A DNA stretch of 64,000 nt from Deltaproteobacteria bacterium (GCA_013151235.1 JAADIO010000048.1:23559-87558); one strand, 5' to 3'. Counted from the first letter of the stretch, positions 25,081 to 35,175 are shown. Notes: generated by a model from the letters alone, not told the origin. Made by a program: numbers and translations.

Positions 25081-26529
25081 ATGACCTTGATATTGCCGCC
25101 GATTCCCAACCTGCATGCGATCACCCCGGAGATCATTGTGGTGGTGACCTCGCTTCTGGTGCTGGTGATCGATATTATTCAGCCGCGCGGGAAGAAGGGA
25201 AAGCTGGCTTTTCTGGGAGCGGTGGGGCTCGCCGCCGCCGGCCTGTCCAGTTACAACCTCCTGCAACATCCCCTTGCGGCGGATATTTCCGGCTTCTCCG
25301 TGGATGCCTATGCCCAGTTTTTCAAGATCATCTTCTGCCTGGCCGGTCTGATGGTGATCGGGATCTCTGTACGGTATCTCGACCTGGAAGGCTTCTCCCT
25401 CGGGGAATACTATTCCATCATCCTCCTCGCGATCCTCGGGCAGATGGTCATGGCCTCCGGAACGAACCTGCTGGTGATCTACGTGGGCCTGGAGCTGATG
25501 GCGATCTCCCTCTATATCCTTGCAGGCTTCTTCAAAGACCATCCCAAATCGAACGAGGCGTCGGTGAAGTATTTTCTCCTGGGCTCTTTTTCATCGGGGA
25601 TTTTTCTCTACGGGATCATGATGACCTACGGACTGACAGGAAGTCTCGATCTTTCGGTGATTGCCGGGAAGATCGAAGGTTCGCAATTCACGGGGCTTTT
25701 GCTCCTGGCCGTGGTCATGATGGGAGCGGGGTTCGCCTTCAAGATTGCCGCCGCCCCCTTCCATTTTTGGACCCCCGATGTCTATGAAGGGTCTCCCACG
25801 TCGGTGACGGCCTTCATGTCGGTCGGGCCGAAGGCGGCGGCCTTTGCGGTCCTGATCCGGGTTTTTTCCACCGCCTTTGGGAGTCTGAGAATCGAATGGA
25901 CGACCCTTTTTATCTGTCTCTCCATTGCCACGATGGTTACGGGAAATCTCATCGCGTTGCGGCAGACCAATATCAAGCGGATGCTCGCTTATTCCAGCAT
26001 CGCCCATGCCGGGTACCTCATGATCGGTTTTGTTGCGGGCGGAGAGATGGGGATCTCGAGCATGATGTTTTATCTCATGATCTATGCCTTTATGAATATC
26101 GGGGCCTTCGGTGTGGTGATCCTCCTGAACCGGGTCGGGGGGATCGGGGATCAGATCGATGATTTTGCAGGTTTGTCGAAGGTCAGCCGGGCCTCGGCCT
26201 TTGTCATGATGGTCTTCATGTTCTCCCTCGCGGGGATCCCCCCGACGGCCGGATTCGCAGGAAAGTTCTACATCTTCATGGCGGCGGTGAAGAGCGGCTA
26301 TGTCTGGCTGGCCGTCATCGGGGTCCTCAATTCCGCCGTCTCCGCCTACTATTATCTGCGGGTAATCATGCGGATGTATATGGCGGAACCGAATGGTGAA
26401 CCGGTATTGAATGTTTCTACCGCTCTTTCGGCGATTCTCCTGATCGCCGTTGTCGGTATTCTTGCCATCGGTATTTTCCCCGGTTTCTGCCTTGATCTGG
26501 CCCGTGCCTCCGTAACCTCGATTTTATAG
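25081..26529 (+). CDS. nuoN: NADH-quinone oxidoreductase subunit N
   Basis: 482-aa ND2-family antiporter-like subunit; last gene of the set. Confidence 0.94.
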   Translation: MTLILPPIPNLHAITPEIIVVVTSLLVLVIDIIQPRGKKGKLAFLGAVGLAAAGLSSYNLLQHPLAADISGFSVDAYAQFFKIIFCLAGLMVIGISVRYLDLEGFSLGEYYSIILLAILGQMVMASGTNLLVIYVGLELMAISLYILAGFFKDHPKSNEASVKYFLLGSFSSGIFLYGIMMTYGLTGSLDLSVIAGKIEGSQFTGLLLLAVVMMGAGFAFKIAAAPFHFWTPDVYEGSPTSVTAFMSVGPKAAAFAVLIRVFSTAFGSLRIEWTTLFICLSIATMVTGNLIALRQTNIKRMLAYSSIAHAGYLMIGFVAGGEMGISSMMFYLMIYAFMNIGAFGVVILLNRVGGIGDQIDDFAGLSKVSRASAFVMMVFMFSLAGIPPTAGFAGKFYIFMAAVKSGYVWLAVIGVLNSAVSAYYYLRVIMRMYMAEPNGEPVLNVSTALSAILLIAVVGILAIGIFPGFCLDLARASVTSIL

Positions 26530-26602
26530 CACGGGGGACGAAGATTTTTTGAGTCTCTAACGAAATAATCTGTTGTATCGGTTCCCCACCGGGAGGGTGT
26601 AT

Positions 26603-27958
26603 ATGACCAGTCGGATTGTTTCCCTGAACCGTGACCGCGGGATTGAGATTCCGGAACATATCCTTGATGAAATGCAGTTGAAAATCGGTGATCGATTCCT
26701 TATTTACAGGGAAGCCGGCGTGGTCCATCTCCGCAAGGTTGACGAATCCGCGACCTGGAGGGCGAAAGGGGAGAGAGATCTTAAGGATCAGGAAGAATTC
26801 CTCGAAGCAGTGGAGAACTGGTTCCTGACGAACCTGAAGGGGTTTGAAAAGAAGATGACCTTTCAGGGGAACCTCGAGAGTATGCATCTTTCGGAGATTC
26901 TTCTTTTTCTCGCAATGTCCAAAAAGACCGGGGTCCTGATCCTGAAGGGAAAGAACGTTACAAAGAAGGTTTACTTCGAGAACGGAGAGATCGTCTTTGC
27001 CGCCTCCACACTGCCCGAAGAACGGTTGGGGGACATCCTGTTGCAGGAGGGAACGATCTCCGGGGAGCAATACCGGCAATCCGCTGCGCGAATCGAAGCG
27101 GGCAAACGGCAGGGGAGGGTACTCGTTGAGATGGGAGTGATCCCACCGGAGGCCCTCTGGAAGGCGGTCTGCCGGCAGGTAGAGGGGATCGTGCATAGTC
27201 TTTTTACCTGGGAGATGGGCTATTTTGAATTTTTGGAAGGGAGCCTCCCGACGGAAGAAAAGATCAAACTGGCGGTCGGTGTCCCGAACCTGATCCTGGA
27301 GGGAATGCGGAAGGTCGCCCGGCAGGGGATCAACCAAGTCCACCATCCCGATGACAGCCAGGTCGTCTACTGTCTCTCGGGAGAAGGGAATGAATTCGGG
27401 GGGATCGAACTCACCGACGAGGAAAAGACCCTCCTCTCCCGGATAGAATCCGGAATGACGGTCCGGAAGGTCTGTGAACAAAGTCCTTTGTCTGTGGAGG
27501 ATACAAAGGAGATACTTTTTCGTCTCATAGCGGGGGGGGTGATTCGCTCCGCCAAAGTCCGAGGTCCCTACGTGGAGGCTGTGGAGATTGAAGACTCGGC
27601 AACATTGACGGCACGGATCGAGCAGTGTAATATGATTTTCCGGCTCATTACGGAATTTCTCCGGATGGCCGTAGGGGACCGGGTCCACGTTATCCTCGGG
27701 GCCTTCTTCCGGGGGGTTGATCACGGTCAGGAGATCCTTTTTGACACGGTTTCCCTGGAACCGGACGGATCGCTCGACGCCCGTCCCCTCCTGGCCAACA
27801 TCGCGGAATATCTTCCGGAGGAACGGGAGTCCATCCTCATCCGAGGGTTGAACGAACTCCTCTATTTTCAGCTCTTTGCCGTCCGGAACAACCTGGGGCA
27901 TCAACAGGAAAAGGAAATTCTGACGGCCTTGCGCGAAATGCAATTTTTGGAAGAGTAA
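26603..27958 (+). CDS. AbrB/SpoVT-like N-terminal domain fused to DUF4388-type domain protein
   Basis: N-terminus SRIVSLNRDRGIEIPEHILDEMQLKIGDRF resembles a swapped-hairpin AbrB fold. LSEILLFLAMSKKTGVLILKGKNVTKKVYFENGEIVFAAS is typical of DUF4388. ATG at 26603 preceded by GGGAGGG. Confidence 0.6.
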   Translation: MTSRIVSLNRDRGIEIPEHILDEMQLKIGDRFLIYREAGVVHLRKVDESATWRAKGERDLKDQEEFLEAVENWFLTNLKGFEKKMTFQGNLESMHLSEILLFLAMSKKTGVLILKGKNVTKKVYFENGEIVFAASTLPEERLGDILLQEGTISGEQYRQSAARIEAGKRQGRVLVEMGVIPPEALWKAVCRQVEGIVHSLFTWEMGYFEFLEGSLPTEEKIKLAVGVPNLILEGMRKVARQGINQVHHPDDSQVVYCLSGEGNEFGGIELTDEEKTLLSRIESGMTVRKVCEQSPLSVEDTKEILFRLIAGGVIRSAKVRGPYVEAVEIEDSATLTARIEQCNMIFRLITEFLRMAVGDRVHVILGAFFRGVDHGQEILFDTVSLEPDGSLDARPLLANIAEYLPEERESILIRGLNELLYFQLFAVRNNLGHQQEKEILTALREMQFLEE

Positions 27959-28045
27959 AAAAGGGTTCCGGGGCCCGGGGGGGTGGTTTGCCCACTCGCG
28001 CCCTTGGCTCCTTTTTCTCAATGTTGATGAGAACCGAGGAAGTTG

Positions 28046-28801
28046 ATGATGCGCAAGACGCGGCCTGAGAAGAAGTTGCCGGTGAGTGACCGCCTGATCG
28101 TCGCCCTGGATTACGAGACGGAAGAGGCAGCCCTGATGATGGTAGAGAGGCTTTCCGAGTTACTTACGACCTTCAAAGTCGGAAGCCAGCTCTTTACAAA
28201 ATGCGGACCGGAGATTGTCCGGAAGATCCACGATGCGGGAGGACGGGTCTTCCTCGATCTTAAGTTTCACGACATCCCGACGACTGTCGCAAAGTCCGGA
28301 ATCGAAGCGGCCCGCCTCGGGGTCTTCATGTTCAACGTCCACGTTTCCGGCGGTGGGACCATGATGAAGCGGTGTGTGGAAATGGTCGGAGAGGTTTGCG
28401 AAAGGGAAGGACTGTCACGCCCCTACATCATCGGCGTGACCCTTCTGACCAGCATCTGTAAAGAAACCCTGCGGGACGACCTGGGGGTCGCGAAGCCGGT
28501 TCCCGAACAGGTCACACACTTGGCCCGACTGGCCGAAGAATGCGGTCTGGACGGTGTCGTCTCTTCGGCCCGTGAAGTCAAATTGATCCGGAAGACCTGC
28601 GGTCCCGATTTTCGGATTGTCACCCCCGGCATACGCCCCGCCGGGGCCTCCATAGACGACCAGAGCCGTGTTGCAACGCCGGGCGATGCGCTTCGGAGTG
28701 GTGCAGATTATCTGGTGATCGGCAGGCCGATCACAGCCGCGCCCGATCCCGCCAGGACCGTGCAGGAAATCCTCAAGGAGATGGAAGCAAAAAAGTTTTG
28801 A
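28046..28801 (+). CDS. pyrF: Orotidine 5'-phosphate decarboxylase
   Basis: LIVALDY, FKVGSQLF and FLDLKFHDIPTTV motifs. ATG after GAGGA. Confidence 0.92.
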   Translation: MMRKTRPEKKLPVSDRLIVALDYETEEAALMMVERLSELLTTFKVGSQLFTKCGPEIVRKIHDAGGRVFLDLKFHDIPTTVAKSGIEAARLGVFMFNVHVSGGGTMMKRCVEMVGEVCEREGLSRPYIIGVTLLTSICKETLRDDLGVAKPVPEQVTHLARLAEECGLDGVVSSAREVKLIRKTCGPDFRIVTPGIRPAGASIDDQSRVATPGDALRSGADYLVIGRPITAAPDPARTVQEILKEMEAKKF

Positions 28802-28862
28802 CTAATCTTTCGTTTCCATTTATTATTCATAGATTCCCAATTCCGGATTTCTGCAATTCCGT

Positions 28863-28938
28863 GGGGGTGTAGCTCAGTTGGGAGAGCGCAGCGTTCGCAA
28901 CGCTGAGGTCGTCGGTTCGATCCCGATCACCTCCACCA
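28863..28938 (+). tRNA. tRNA-Ala (anticodon CGC)
   Basis: 76-nt cloverleaf folded by hand: acceptor GGGGGTG/CACCTCC with G3:U70, anticodon loop TTCGCAA, T-loop GGTTCGATCC, encoded CCA. Confidence 0.93.
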
Positions 28939-29074
28939 ATTAAATCAATCACTTACAAGATTCGGATTCTCTGGAAATTGTCTTGTGTGTTCATTTCGCG
29001 CCCTCTTTTTTTCCATAGGACCGCATAATCAGTCATACAAAAAAAACAATAAGACCCCTTAAAGTACATGATTA

Positions 29075-29902
29075 TCAGAACTGAAGAAGCGTTCCTTCCT
29101 TTCTGGCCCGGTTGAGGGCACGCTGGAAGAGGAAAAGGCTTACGGGGATGCCGAACAGGGCGAAGCCCGCCAGCGCCCAGAGATCGATCCCGAGCCGGGA
29201 TACAGGTGTTCCCAGAAGAATGGCATGACGCATGGCGCGGAGGGCATAGGTCAGGGGGAGCAGGTTCGAACATTTCTGTACCCATTCCGGAAGGATGGTG
29301 ACCGGATAATAGACTCCTCCCAGGAGGGTTGACAGGGTTCCGAAGAGGAAGGAGATTGGATCTCCCCGCTTGAAGACAAGGACAAAGGCGGCCGAGAGAA
29401 TGCCGAAGGCGGAGAAGGCACAAATGGTCAGGACGAGAACAACCAGCGTAGAGAGCAGATCGGCCGAGCCGACCTGGAGTCCGAAGCCGAAGATGCCGGT
29501 CAGCAGATAGAGTGCAACCTCATAGGTGACATAGAAATAATCCCAGAGACTGGAATAGACGAGGACGGCCAGATACCGGGTCGGGGTGATCAGCATTACT
29601 TCTACGGTTCCCGTTTCCTGTCCGTCCCGGACGGTATCGGCAAAGGTGCTCAGCGCCACGTTCAGGTACCGCGTAAAGGCGATCCCGATCAGGACAAAGG
29701 GGAAATACTTACCGCCGTAGGCGGCCAGATAAGGCGAAGCGGATGTGCCGAAGAGGCGGGAGATAAAATAGAACATGACTACGGAAAAGAGAACGCCGAA
29801 GACCTGCCACAGAAAGGAAAGACGGTAACTTGCTGCCTCCATGAAATCCCGACGGAGGAAGGAGAGCGGTTTATAGATCAGGGGAAGAGAGAGGGCGGTC
29901 AT
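29075..29902 (-). CDS. ABC-2 type exporter permease
   Basis: 275 aa, six predicted TM helices. Directly follows the ATPase gene. Confidence 0.8.
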   Translation of the reverse strand: MTALSLPLIYKPLSFLRRDFMEAASYRLSFLWQVFGVLFSVVMFYFISRLFGTSASPYLAAYGGKYFPFVLIGIAFTRYLNVALSTFADTVRDGQETGTVEVMLITPTRYLAVLVYSSLWDYFYVTYEVALYLLTGIFGFGLQVGSADLLSTLVVLVLTICAFSAFGILSAAFVLVFKRGDPISFLFGTLSTLLGGVYYPVTILPEWVQKCSNLLPLTYALRAMRHAILLGTPVSRLGIDLWALAGFALFGIPVSLFLFQRALNRARKEGTLLQF

Positions 29903-30676
29903 TCAGACGGCCTCCTTCCGGGTGATCCGTGTATAGATATTTCCCAGGCCCGATCCCGTGCGCTCGTGGGGTTCGATCTCCTCAATCCCTCCCCGGCGCA
30001 GGATGCCGATCCGGTCACAAACCGTTTCCACTTCGCCGATGCGGTGCGTGACCATCAAAATGGTGGCCCCGGAACGCTCCGTCAGGAAACGGAGAGATTG
30101 CAGAAGGGTTCGTGCGGCCTCCGGGTCGAGGCCCCGCGTCGGTTCGTCCAGCAGGAGGATTTTTGCCCCCCCGAGAAGTCCACGCGCCACGGCAAGACGT
30201 TGCCGCATGCCTGTTGAATATGCATCAAAACGATGATCCAGAAAATCCTCCATCTCCAACAGATTCGTCAGTTCTCCGATCCGACGTTCCAGGGCCTTGC
30301 CGGTCAGATTCCACAAACGCCCGAAGAAGCGGAGGTTTTCCCGGCCGCTGAGGCGCCAGCAGAAACTTCGTTCATCGGAGTGGACCCAGCCGATCTTTTC
30401 CCTGACTTTGTTTTCTTCAGTCACAACATCGTGTCCTGCAATTCGTACCGTTCCTTCATCGGGCCGGAGAAGGGTTGCCAGAACCTTGAGCAGGGTTGTC
30501 TTTCCGCCGCCGTTCGGTCCTAACAATACAAAAATCTCCCCCCGGCGAATGTCCAGATCCAGCCCTTCGAAGACCCGGATTTCATGTTGAATAGGAGAGG
30601 TGGAAAGCCAGTGGGCAATCCCCGTTGCAGGACGGAAAACCTTGGTGAGTTTTGAAACCTCGATAATGGAGGACAT
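29903..30676 (-). CDS. ABC transporter ATP-binding protein
   Basis: Walker A GPNGGGKTT, signature YSTGMRQR, Walker B LLLDEP. Start at MSSIIEV (30676). Confidence 0.9.
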   Translation of the reverse strand: MSSIIEVSKLTKVFRPATGIAHWLSTSPIQHEIRVFEGLDLDIRRGEIFVLLGPNGGGKTTLLKVLATLLRPDEGTVRIAGHDVVTEENKVREKIGWVHSDERSFCWRLSGRENLRFFGRLWNLTGKALERRIGELTNLLEMEDFLDHRFDAYSTGMRQRLAVARGLLGGAKILLLDEPTRGLDPEAARTLLQSLRFLTERSGATILMVTHRIGEVETVCDRIGILRRGGIEEIEPHERTGSGLGNIYTRITRKEAV

Positions 30677-30678
30677 GA

Positions 30679-31899
30679 TCAAGTCTTCGGTGTTTTGTGA
30701 TGGCTGGCACCGGCTTTCATGTTCCACCCATTCTTCTCACCGAGGATATCCTCTTCGTAAACGGACCGGATGATATAGATCAGGGGAGTATCCTTCAAAC
30801 GGACGACTTTGGGTACCTTGAGGCTGTGCCCCTCTGCATCATAGAGGATCTCCACCGTGGGTCGGAGAGGCCGGTCTTCACTGGTTTCGATTACCTTGCC
30901 GACTTCATTGGTATTCAGTTTCACAAACCCTTCCAGAGGGAAAACGGAAATCTTTTTGAGCAGGGTTTTGATCAGACGAGGAGCAAAAACCCCCTTTTCG
31001 CTCTCTACGATGATCTTGACGGCATCATAGGGGAGAAAACGGCGCCGTTGTGGACGAGTATGGGTCAGGGCCTCGTAGTAATCGACAAGACCGATGATCT
31101 GAGCGTACTCGTGAATCTCCTCACCGGTCAGCCCGCGGGGATAGCCTTTTCCGTTGATCCGTTCATGTTCCTGCCGGACGACCGCGGCGATCCAGGTATA
31201 GGTAGGTCCGAGCCGGGAGAGCATCTCGTAGCTGTATTCCGGATGACGTTTCATCTCCTCATATTCTTCCTTGCTCAGGACGTCTTCCTTGTTGATCAGT
31301 TCCAGATCGAGCTTGGCCATCCCGATGTCATGGAGTAACGCCACCGTGCCGAGACGGATGAGCTGGTTTTCGTTGTAGTCGAGTCCCATTCCGATTTTGA
31401 GGGAGAAAATGGCCACATTGACGGCATGAGAGACAAGGTCGGTCGAAGAGTGACGGGTATAGACGGCCTTCAGATAGAGACGGTCCGCCGCCATGAGGCT
31501 GTGAACCATCCGTACGGTACATTCGGCAATCCGTTCCGCCGAGAAGGATTCCCCTGCCTTGCCGCGATCCATGGCGATCTGCACCTGTTCCTTGGATTCA
31601 TCGTAGATCTTTTCCACATCTCCGTAGATCCACTCCCCTTCGGAACGCTTGGTTTCCACACGTTCCCGGAGGATGGACGATCGTCGGCGAAGCGCCTCCT
31701 GGGGCATCACATTCCCGATCCCCTGCTCTTCACTCTCCTTGAGGAGTTCATCGACGGAGAGGATCTCGCTCAGTTTTAGATCCCTTTTCGGAGGTTCCGG
31801 CTGTTCCATTTTCGGAGTTGCAGCCGGATCGGTGGGAGAAGAGGAGGGAGCCGATTTTGTTGCATCGGACTCTTTCAGAATATCCGTGATTCGTACCAT
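30679..31899 (-). CDS. HD-GYP domain protein with unassigned N-terminal region
   Basis: HDIGMAKL, HPEYSYEML and HERINGKGYPRGL motifs. About 140 aa of uncharacterised N-terminus. Confidence 0.85.
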   Translation of the reverse strand: MVRITDILKESDATKSAPSSSPTDPAATPKMEQPEPPKRDLKLSEILSVDELLKESEEQGIGNVMPQEALRRRSSILRERVETKRSEGEWIYGDVEKIYDESKEQVQIAMDRGKAGESFSAERIAECTVRMVHSLMAADRLYLKAVYTRHSSTDLVSHAVNVAIFSLKIGMGLDYNENQLIRLGTVALLHDIGMAKLDLELINKEDVLSKEEYEEMKRHPEYSYEMLSRLGPTYTWIAAVVRQEHERINGKGYPRGLTGEEIHEYAQIIGLVDYYEALTHTRPQRRRFLPYDAVKIIVESEKGVFAPRLIKTLLKKISVFPLEGFVKLNTNEVGKVIETSEDRPLRPTVEILYDAEGHSLKVPKVVRLKDTPLIYIIRSVYEEDILGEKNGWNMKAGASHHKTPKT

Positions 31900-31911
31900 A
31901 ACAAAACTCCC

Positions 31912-32709
31912 TTATAAAGAACCGTGGGCGGATTTTTCCACGATTGCACTATTGATGAAATTGACACTCTCTCCGCATCCGATCAGGAGGCTTAAGTCAC
32001 AGATATTGTTGATCTTCCGGGGAATCCCGCAACTGAAATCATAGATCTTACGGAGGGCATCGTTCGTGAACATGTTCCGTCTTGCTCCTGCTTTCTTGAG
32101 ACGGAAAAAGATGAATTTGACCATCTCCTTCACATCGAGAGCCTGGAGGTGATAACGAATGGCGATCCGTTGATTGAGTTGAGTAATATGTTCGATCTTC
32201 TCTTTCAGTTCCGGCTGGCCGATGAGAATCAGCGTCAGCAGAAAACGGTCATTGAGCTGAAAATTCAGCAGCAGCCGCAATTCTTCGAAGGTGTGTTCAC
32301 TGTTGATCAACTGGGCTTCATCAACAATGATGACGGAGTTTTTTCCCTCGTTGAGGTTCTGATAGAGATGATCATTCAACCGATGAATCATCTCCCGCCT
32401 GGATTCGTTCGTTGTCTCCATCCCGAACTGGTAGAGAATTTCCCGGAGAAAATCTTCCGATTCCAGGCAGGGGTTTTCAATCAGAGCAATCTGATAGTTC
32501 CGTTTCACCAGCCGTTGGACAAGAAGCCGGCTGATGGTGGTCTTCCCGCAGCCGATCTCTCCCGTCAGCATTGCCGCACCTTTGCGGCTTTCAATCGCGT
32601 AGATCAGACGGGTCAGAGCCTCTTCGTGAAGCGGCGACTTGTAGAGGTACCCGGGATTGGGAAGGTTTTCGAAGGGGTATTCGATGAGGCCCCAGTAATC
32701 TTTGTACAT
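31912..32709 (-). CDS. ExeA/GspA/MshM-like AAA ATPase
   Basis: Walker A GEIGCGKTT, Walker B IIVDEAQ, LILIGQPEL block typical of the ExeA family. Confidence 0.75.
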   Translation of the reverse strand: MYKDYWGLIEYPFENLPNPGYLYKSPLHEEALTRLIYAIESRKGAAMLTGEIGCGKTTISRLLVQRLVKRNYQIALIENPCLESEDFLREILYQFGMETTNESRREMIHRLNDHLYQNLNEGKNSVIIVDEAQLINSEHTFEELRLLLNFQLNDRFLLTLILIGQPELKEKIEHITQLNQRIAIRYHLQALDVKEMVKFIFFRLKKAGARRNMFTNDALRKIYDFSCGIPRKINNICDLSLLIGCGESVNFINSAIVEKSAHGSL

Positions 32710-32859
32710 GGACAGATTCTCCGGAAAGGGTAAAGGTCAAAGCAATCCCGGCCCAGGGCTCTGCTTGCCGGTACATCCTCTGATATCATGCAGAAAAGAA
32801 GAAAATCTATTACTAATAATATGTTAAATGGCATCCTTGAAATCTGTCAAGCTATTATT

Positions 32860-33834
32860 TCAGGGAGTTGGAGGGAGAAACTTGCGGAGTTTCCTGAGGA
32901 TCTCGTTGGTATAGCGGAAAAATTCGTCGGCAACGATGGCGACCCAGAGTCCTTTTTCGCCCCGCTCTTCCAGAACTTTCATTCCGTAGACGGTCATCCC
33001 GGAGGAAGGCCCTGCGACAATCCCTTCCCGGCATATCATTTCCACCAGGGTGCGATAGGCATCGTCGGAGTCGACGAGGATTTTTTCATCGATGATCGAT
33101 TCATCATAGATCTCCGGCTTCATCGTGTATTCCGTGTTGCGCAGACCGTAAAACTCGTGGCTCTGCTCACTCGGTTCCACGGAGATGATCCTGATCTCCG
33201 GGTTCTTTTCCTTCAGGTATCGGCCCACCCCGGTGATGGTGCCCCCGGTGCCGACGCCGCTGATGAAGTGGGTGATCTTTCCGGCCGTCTGCGCCCAGAT
33301 CTCCGGTCCCGTCGTTTGAAAATGGATCTCCGGATTATGACGATTTCCATACTGATAGGGAACCATATGATCGGGCAGGTTCTTGTAACCGAAGGCGGCG
33401 GCAATGGCTCCTTCTCCGGGGAAACGGGGGCAGGCGTCATCGGGGCTTAAATCCATCGAGGAGGTCGTCAGGGTCAGCAGCGCCTTCTTGCCGGCGGGGA
33501 TCTGCTCCCCCGAGGTGATCACCGGCTTCTTGTATCCTAAAAGGTTCAGAAAAACGCTGAGGGCCACCCCCGTGTTTCCCGATGTCGGTTCGACACAGGT
33601 GGTCTCCGGCTTCAAATCACCATCTTCAATGGCGCCGGTAATCATGCCGAAAGCGGTCCGGTCCTTGATCGATCCCACGGGGTTGAAAAATTCCAGTTTC
33701 GCGCAGGCGATCCGATCCTTCTTCGGTTCAATAACATGATTCAGGCGCACCAAAGGAGTGTCCCCGATCAGCTCGGTGATGTTGTTGTAGATCCCCCGAT
33801 GTTTCAGCGGTGGTCTGGTATGCTCTGTCATCAT
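32860..33834 (-). CDS. Cysteine synthase family PLP enzyme (CysM/CysK-like)
   Basis: GDTPLVRL and NPVGSIKDR (PLP lysine) motifs. 324 aa. Confidence 0.88.
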   Translation of the reverse strand: MMTEHTRPPLKHRGIYNNITELIGDTPLVRLNHVIEPKKDRIACAKLEFFNPVGSIKDRTAFGMITGAIEDGDLKPETTCVEPTSGNTGVALSVFLNLLGYKKPVITSGEQIPAGKKALLTLTTSSMDLSPDDACPRFPGEGAIAAAFGYKNLPDHMVPYQYGNRHNPEIHFQTTGPEIWAQTAGKITHFISGVGTGGTITGVGRYLKEKNPEIRIISVEPSEQSHEFYGLRNTEYTMKPEIYDESIIDEKILVDSDDAYRTLVEMICREGIVAGPSSGMTVYGMKVLEERGEKGLWVAIVADEFFRYTNEILRKLRKFLPPTP

Positions 33835-33912
33835 CTCTCCTTTCCGGCACCCGGCGGGGAGGATTCTTCCGTTCTGTCATATAAGAAGCCGCCGGTTCAT
33901 ACAGATGAAGCG

Positions 33913-34155
33913 TCACTTTTTCTTTGCAATTATTTGCCAGTCCGTTTCGTTGACGGCGCTGACTTCCAGCACCTCGTGTCCCTCCCCCCTGAGACTGCGG
34001 GGCACGTTTTCCGTGGCGGGCTGATGGTCCACGATGATTCTCAGTATCTCGCCGGCCGAGAGGGTCTCCAACGCCAGTTTCGTCTTGACGAAGGTGTAGG
34101 GACAGACTTCTCCTTTGATGTCCAGTTCCCTGTCGATCTTGTATGGATCGTTCAT
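33913..34155 (-). CDS. TusA/SirA-like sulfurtransferase
   Basis: 80 aa; LDIKGEVCPYTFVKTKLAL carries the conserved Cys-Pro. Confidence 0.8.
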   Translation of the reverse strand: MNDPYKIDRELDIKGEVCPYTFVKTKLALETLSAGEILRIIVDHQPATENVPRSLRGEGHEVLEVSAVNETDWQIIAKKK

Positions 34156-34233
34156 GAAGTTTTCTCCTCATAATATCATTTCCCGTTCCCTGCCGGAATC
34201 CATGAGAGGTGATTGATCCCCCCCGCCGGAGCG

Positions 34234-34500
34234 TCACCAGCAGATTACGGCATCCGCCTCCAGAAGAAGGGAAACAATGGCATCATAGTCTACGAGTTCG
34301 CCTGTGATCGACTTTCCTCTCGCCTCGACGTCGTCCCGGCAGGCATAGACCTTCTCGATCCCTTCCACCGGAGTCAGCACGGCATCATGGAGGAGGAGTA
34401 CGGAAACCTCGGCTCCGGCCGCCTGTTCCTCCAGGATTTCAACGGCATAAGGATCCTGCCGGCTTTTGAGAACATGGAGGATTTTTTTCGGCATACCCAC
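34234..34500 (-). CDS. DsrH/TusB-like protein
   Basis: 88 aa with VYACRDDVEARG. Third gene of a TusD-C-B-ordered trio. Confidence 0.6.
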   Translation of the reverse strand: MGMPKKILHVLKSRQDPYAVEILEEQAAGAEVSVLLLHDAVLTPVEGIEKVYACRDDVEARGKSITGELVDYDAIVSLLLEADAVICW

Positions 34501-34504
34501 TCCC

Positions 34505-34849
34505 TCAACAGCCGATTACAAGATCGCTCCCGGCAAGGATCTTGCCGAGGGTACGACGATTCTCCCGGGTTACGGGGAAGACGGTCTCGACGATGCTCCG
34601 CTCCGCCATTGACTCCTTCTCCGCCAGAAAGGGACACCCTAATTCCCGGAGAGTCCGCACATGGCGGTGAATTTCGGACAAACCGATCCTCTCCGGTGCC
34701 GGGGCCTGCAGGAGAAAGACCCCTTCTTCGGCCAGCACGATCTTGACCCTATTCCCGGAAAGCGTCATCCCCAGGGACATGCGGAGCATTTCCGAGATAA
34801 ACATTCGTTCCAGGGGCGGTTTCCGTAGAAGTATGACGAGCTCTTTCAT
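34505..34849 (-). CDS. DsrF/TusC-like protein
   Basis: 114-aa DsrE-fold-like sequence in the middle of the trio. Confidence 0.6.
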   Translation of the reverse strand: MKELVILLRKPPLERMFISEMLRMSLGMTLSGNRVKIVLAEEGVFLLQAPAPERIGLSEIHRHVRTLRELGCPFLAEKESMAERSIVETVFPVTRENRRTLGKILAGSDLVIGC

Positions 34850-34860
34850 GAATATTTGCC

Positions 34861-35175
34861 TCAGTGAAAGGAGAGGAACGCATCGCCCTTCGCGACCATT
34901 TCCGACAGATCATACTGACTGCCGAAGAGGACCCCCTCCCGGCGGGGCACTTTTCTTTGGTCGGCATCGTAGGCACAGAGAATAATCTCCACCCCCCGGT
35001 CCGCAAGTTCCATGAAATCGTCCCGGAGAATATGGTAGACCCCGTCGTACATCAGAAAGATCCGGACCCGGTGCCCCTGCCGGAGGGCCGCTTCCGAGAT
35101 CTTCATCACGGTCCGGCGATTTTCACTTTCCGGGCTGGAGGTCAGCAGAAGACCGATCGCAGCGGACTTGCCCAT
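34861..35175 (-). CDS. DsrE/TusD-like protein
   Basis: 104 aa from the internal ATG (MGKSAAIGLLLTSSP). Conserved Cys in ILCAYDADQR. Confidence 0.62.
   Translation of the reverse strand: MGKSAAIGLLLTSSPESENRRTVMKISEAALRQGHRVRIFLMYDGVYHILRDDFMELADRGVEIILCAYDADQRKVPRREGVLFGSQYDLSEMVAKGDAFLSFH

Noticed and set aside
23565-25136. 523-aa ORF antisense to nuoM
   Set aside because: A shadow ORF. Its highly charged, His/Arg/Pro/Gly/Asp-rich product is implausible opposite a conserved membrane subunit.
26417-28021. 534-aa ORF antisense to the AbrB/DUF4388 gene
   Set aside because: No motifs and no ribosome-binding site. The plus-strand ORF has recognisable DUF4388 sequence and a strong SD.
28863-29074. 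tRNA-Ala as an integration site for a genomic island
   Set aside because: I found no repeat of the tRNA 3' end downstream, no integrase, and the neighbouring ABC operon has core-like composition.
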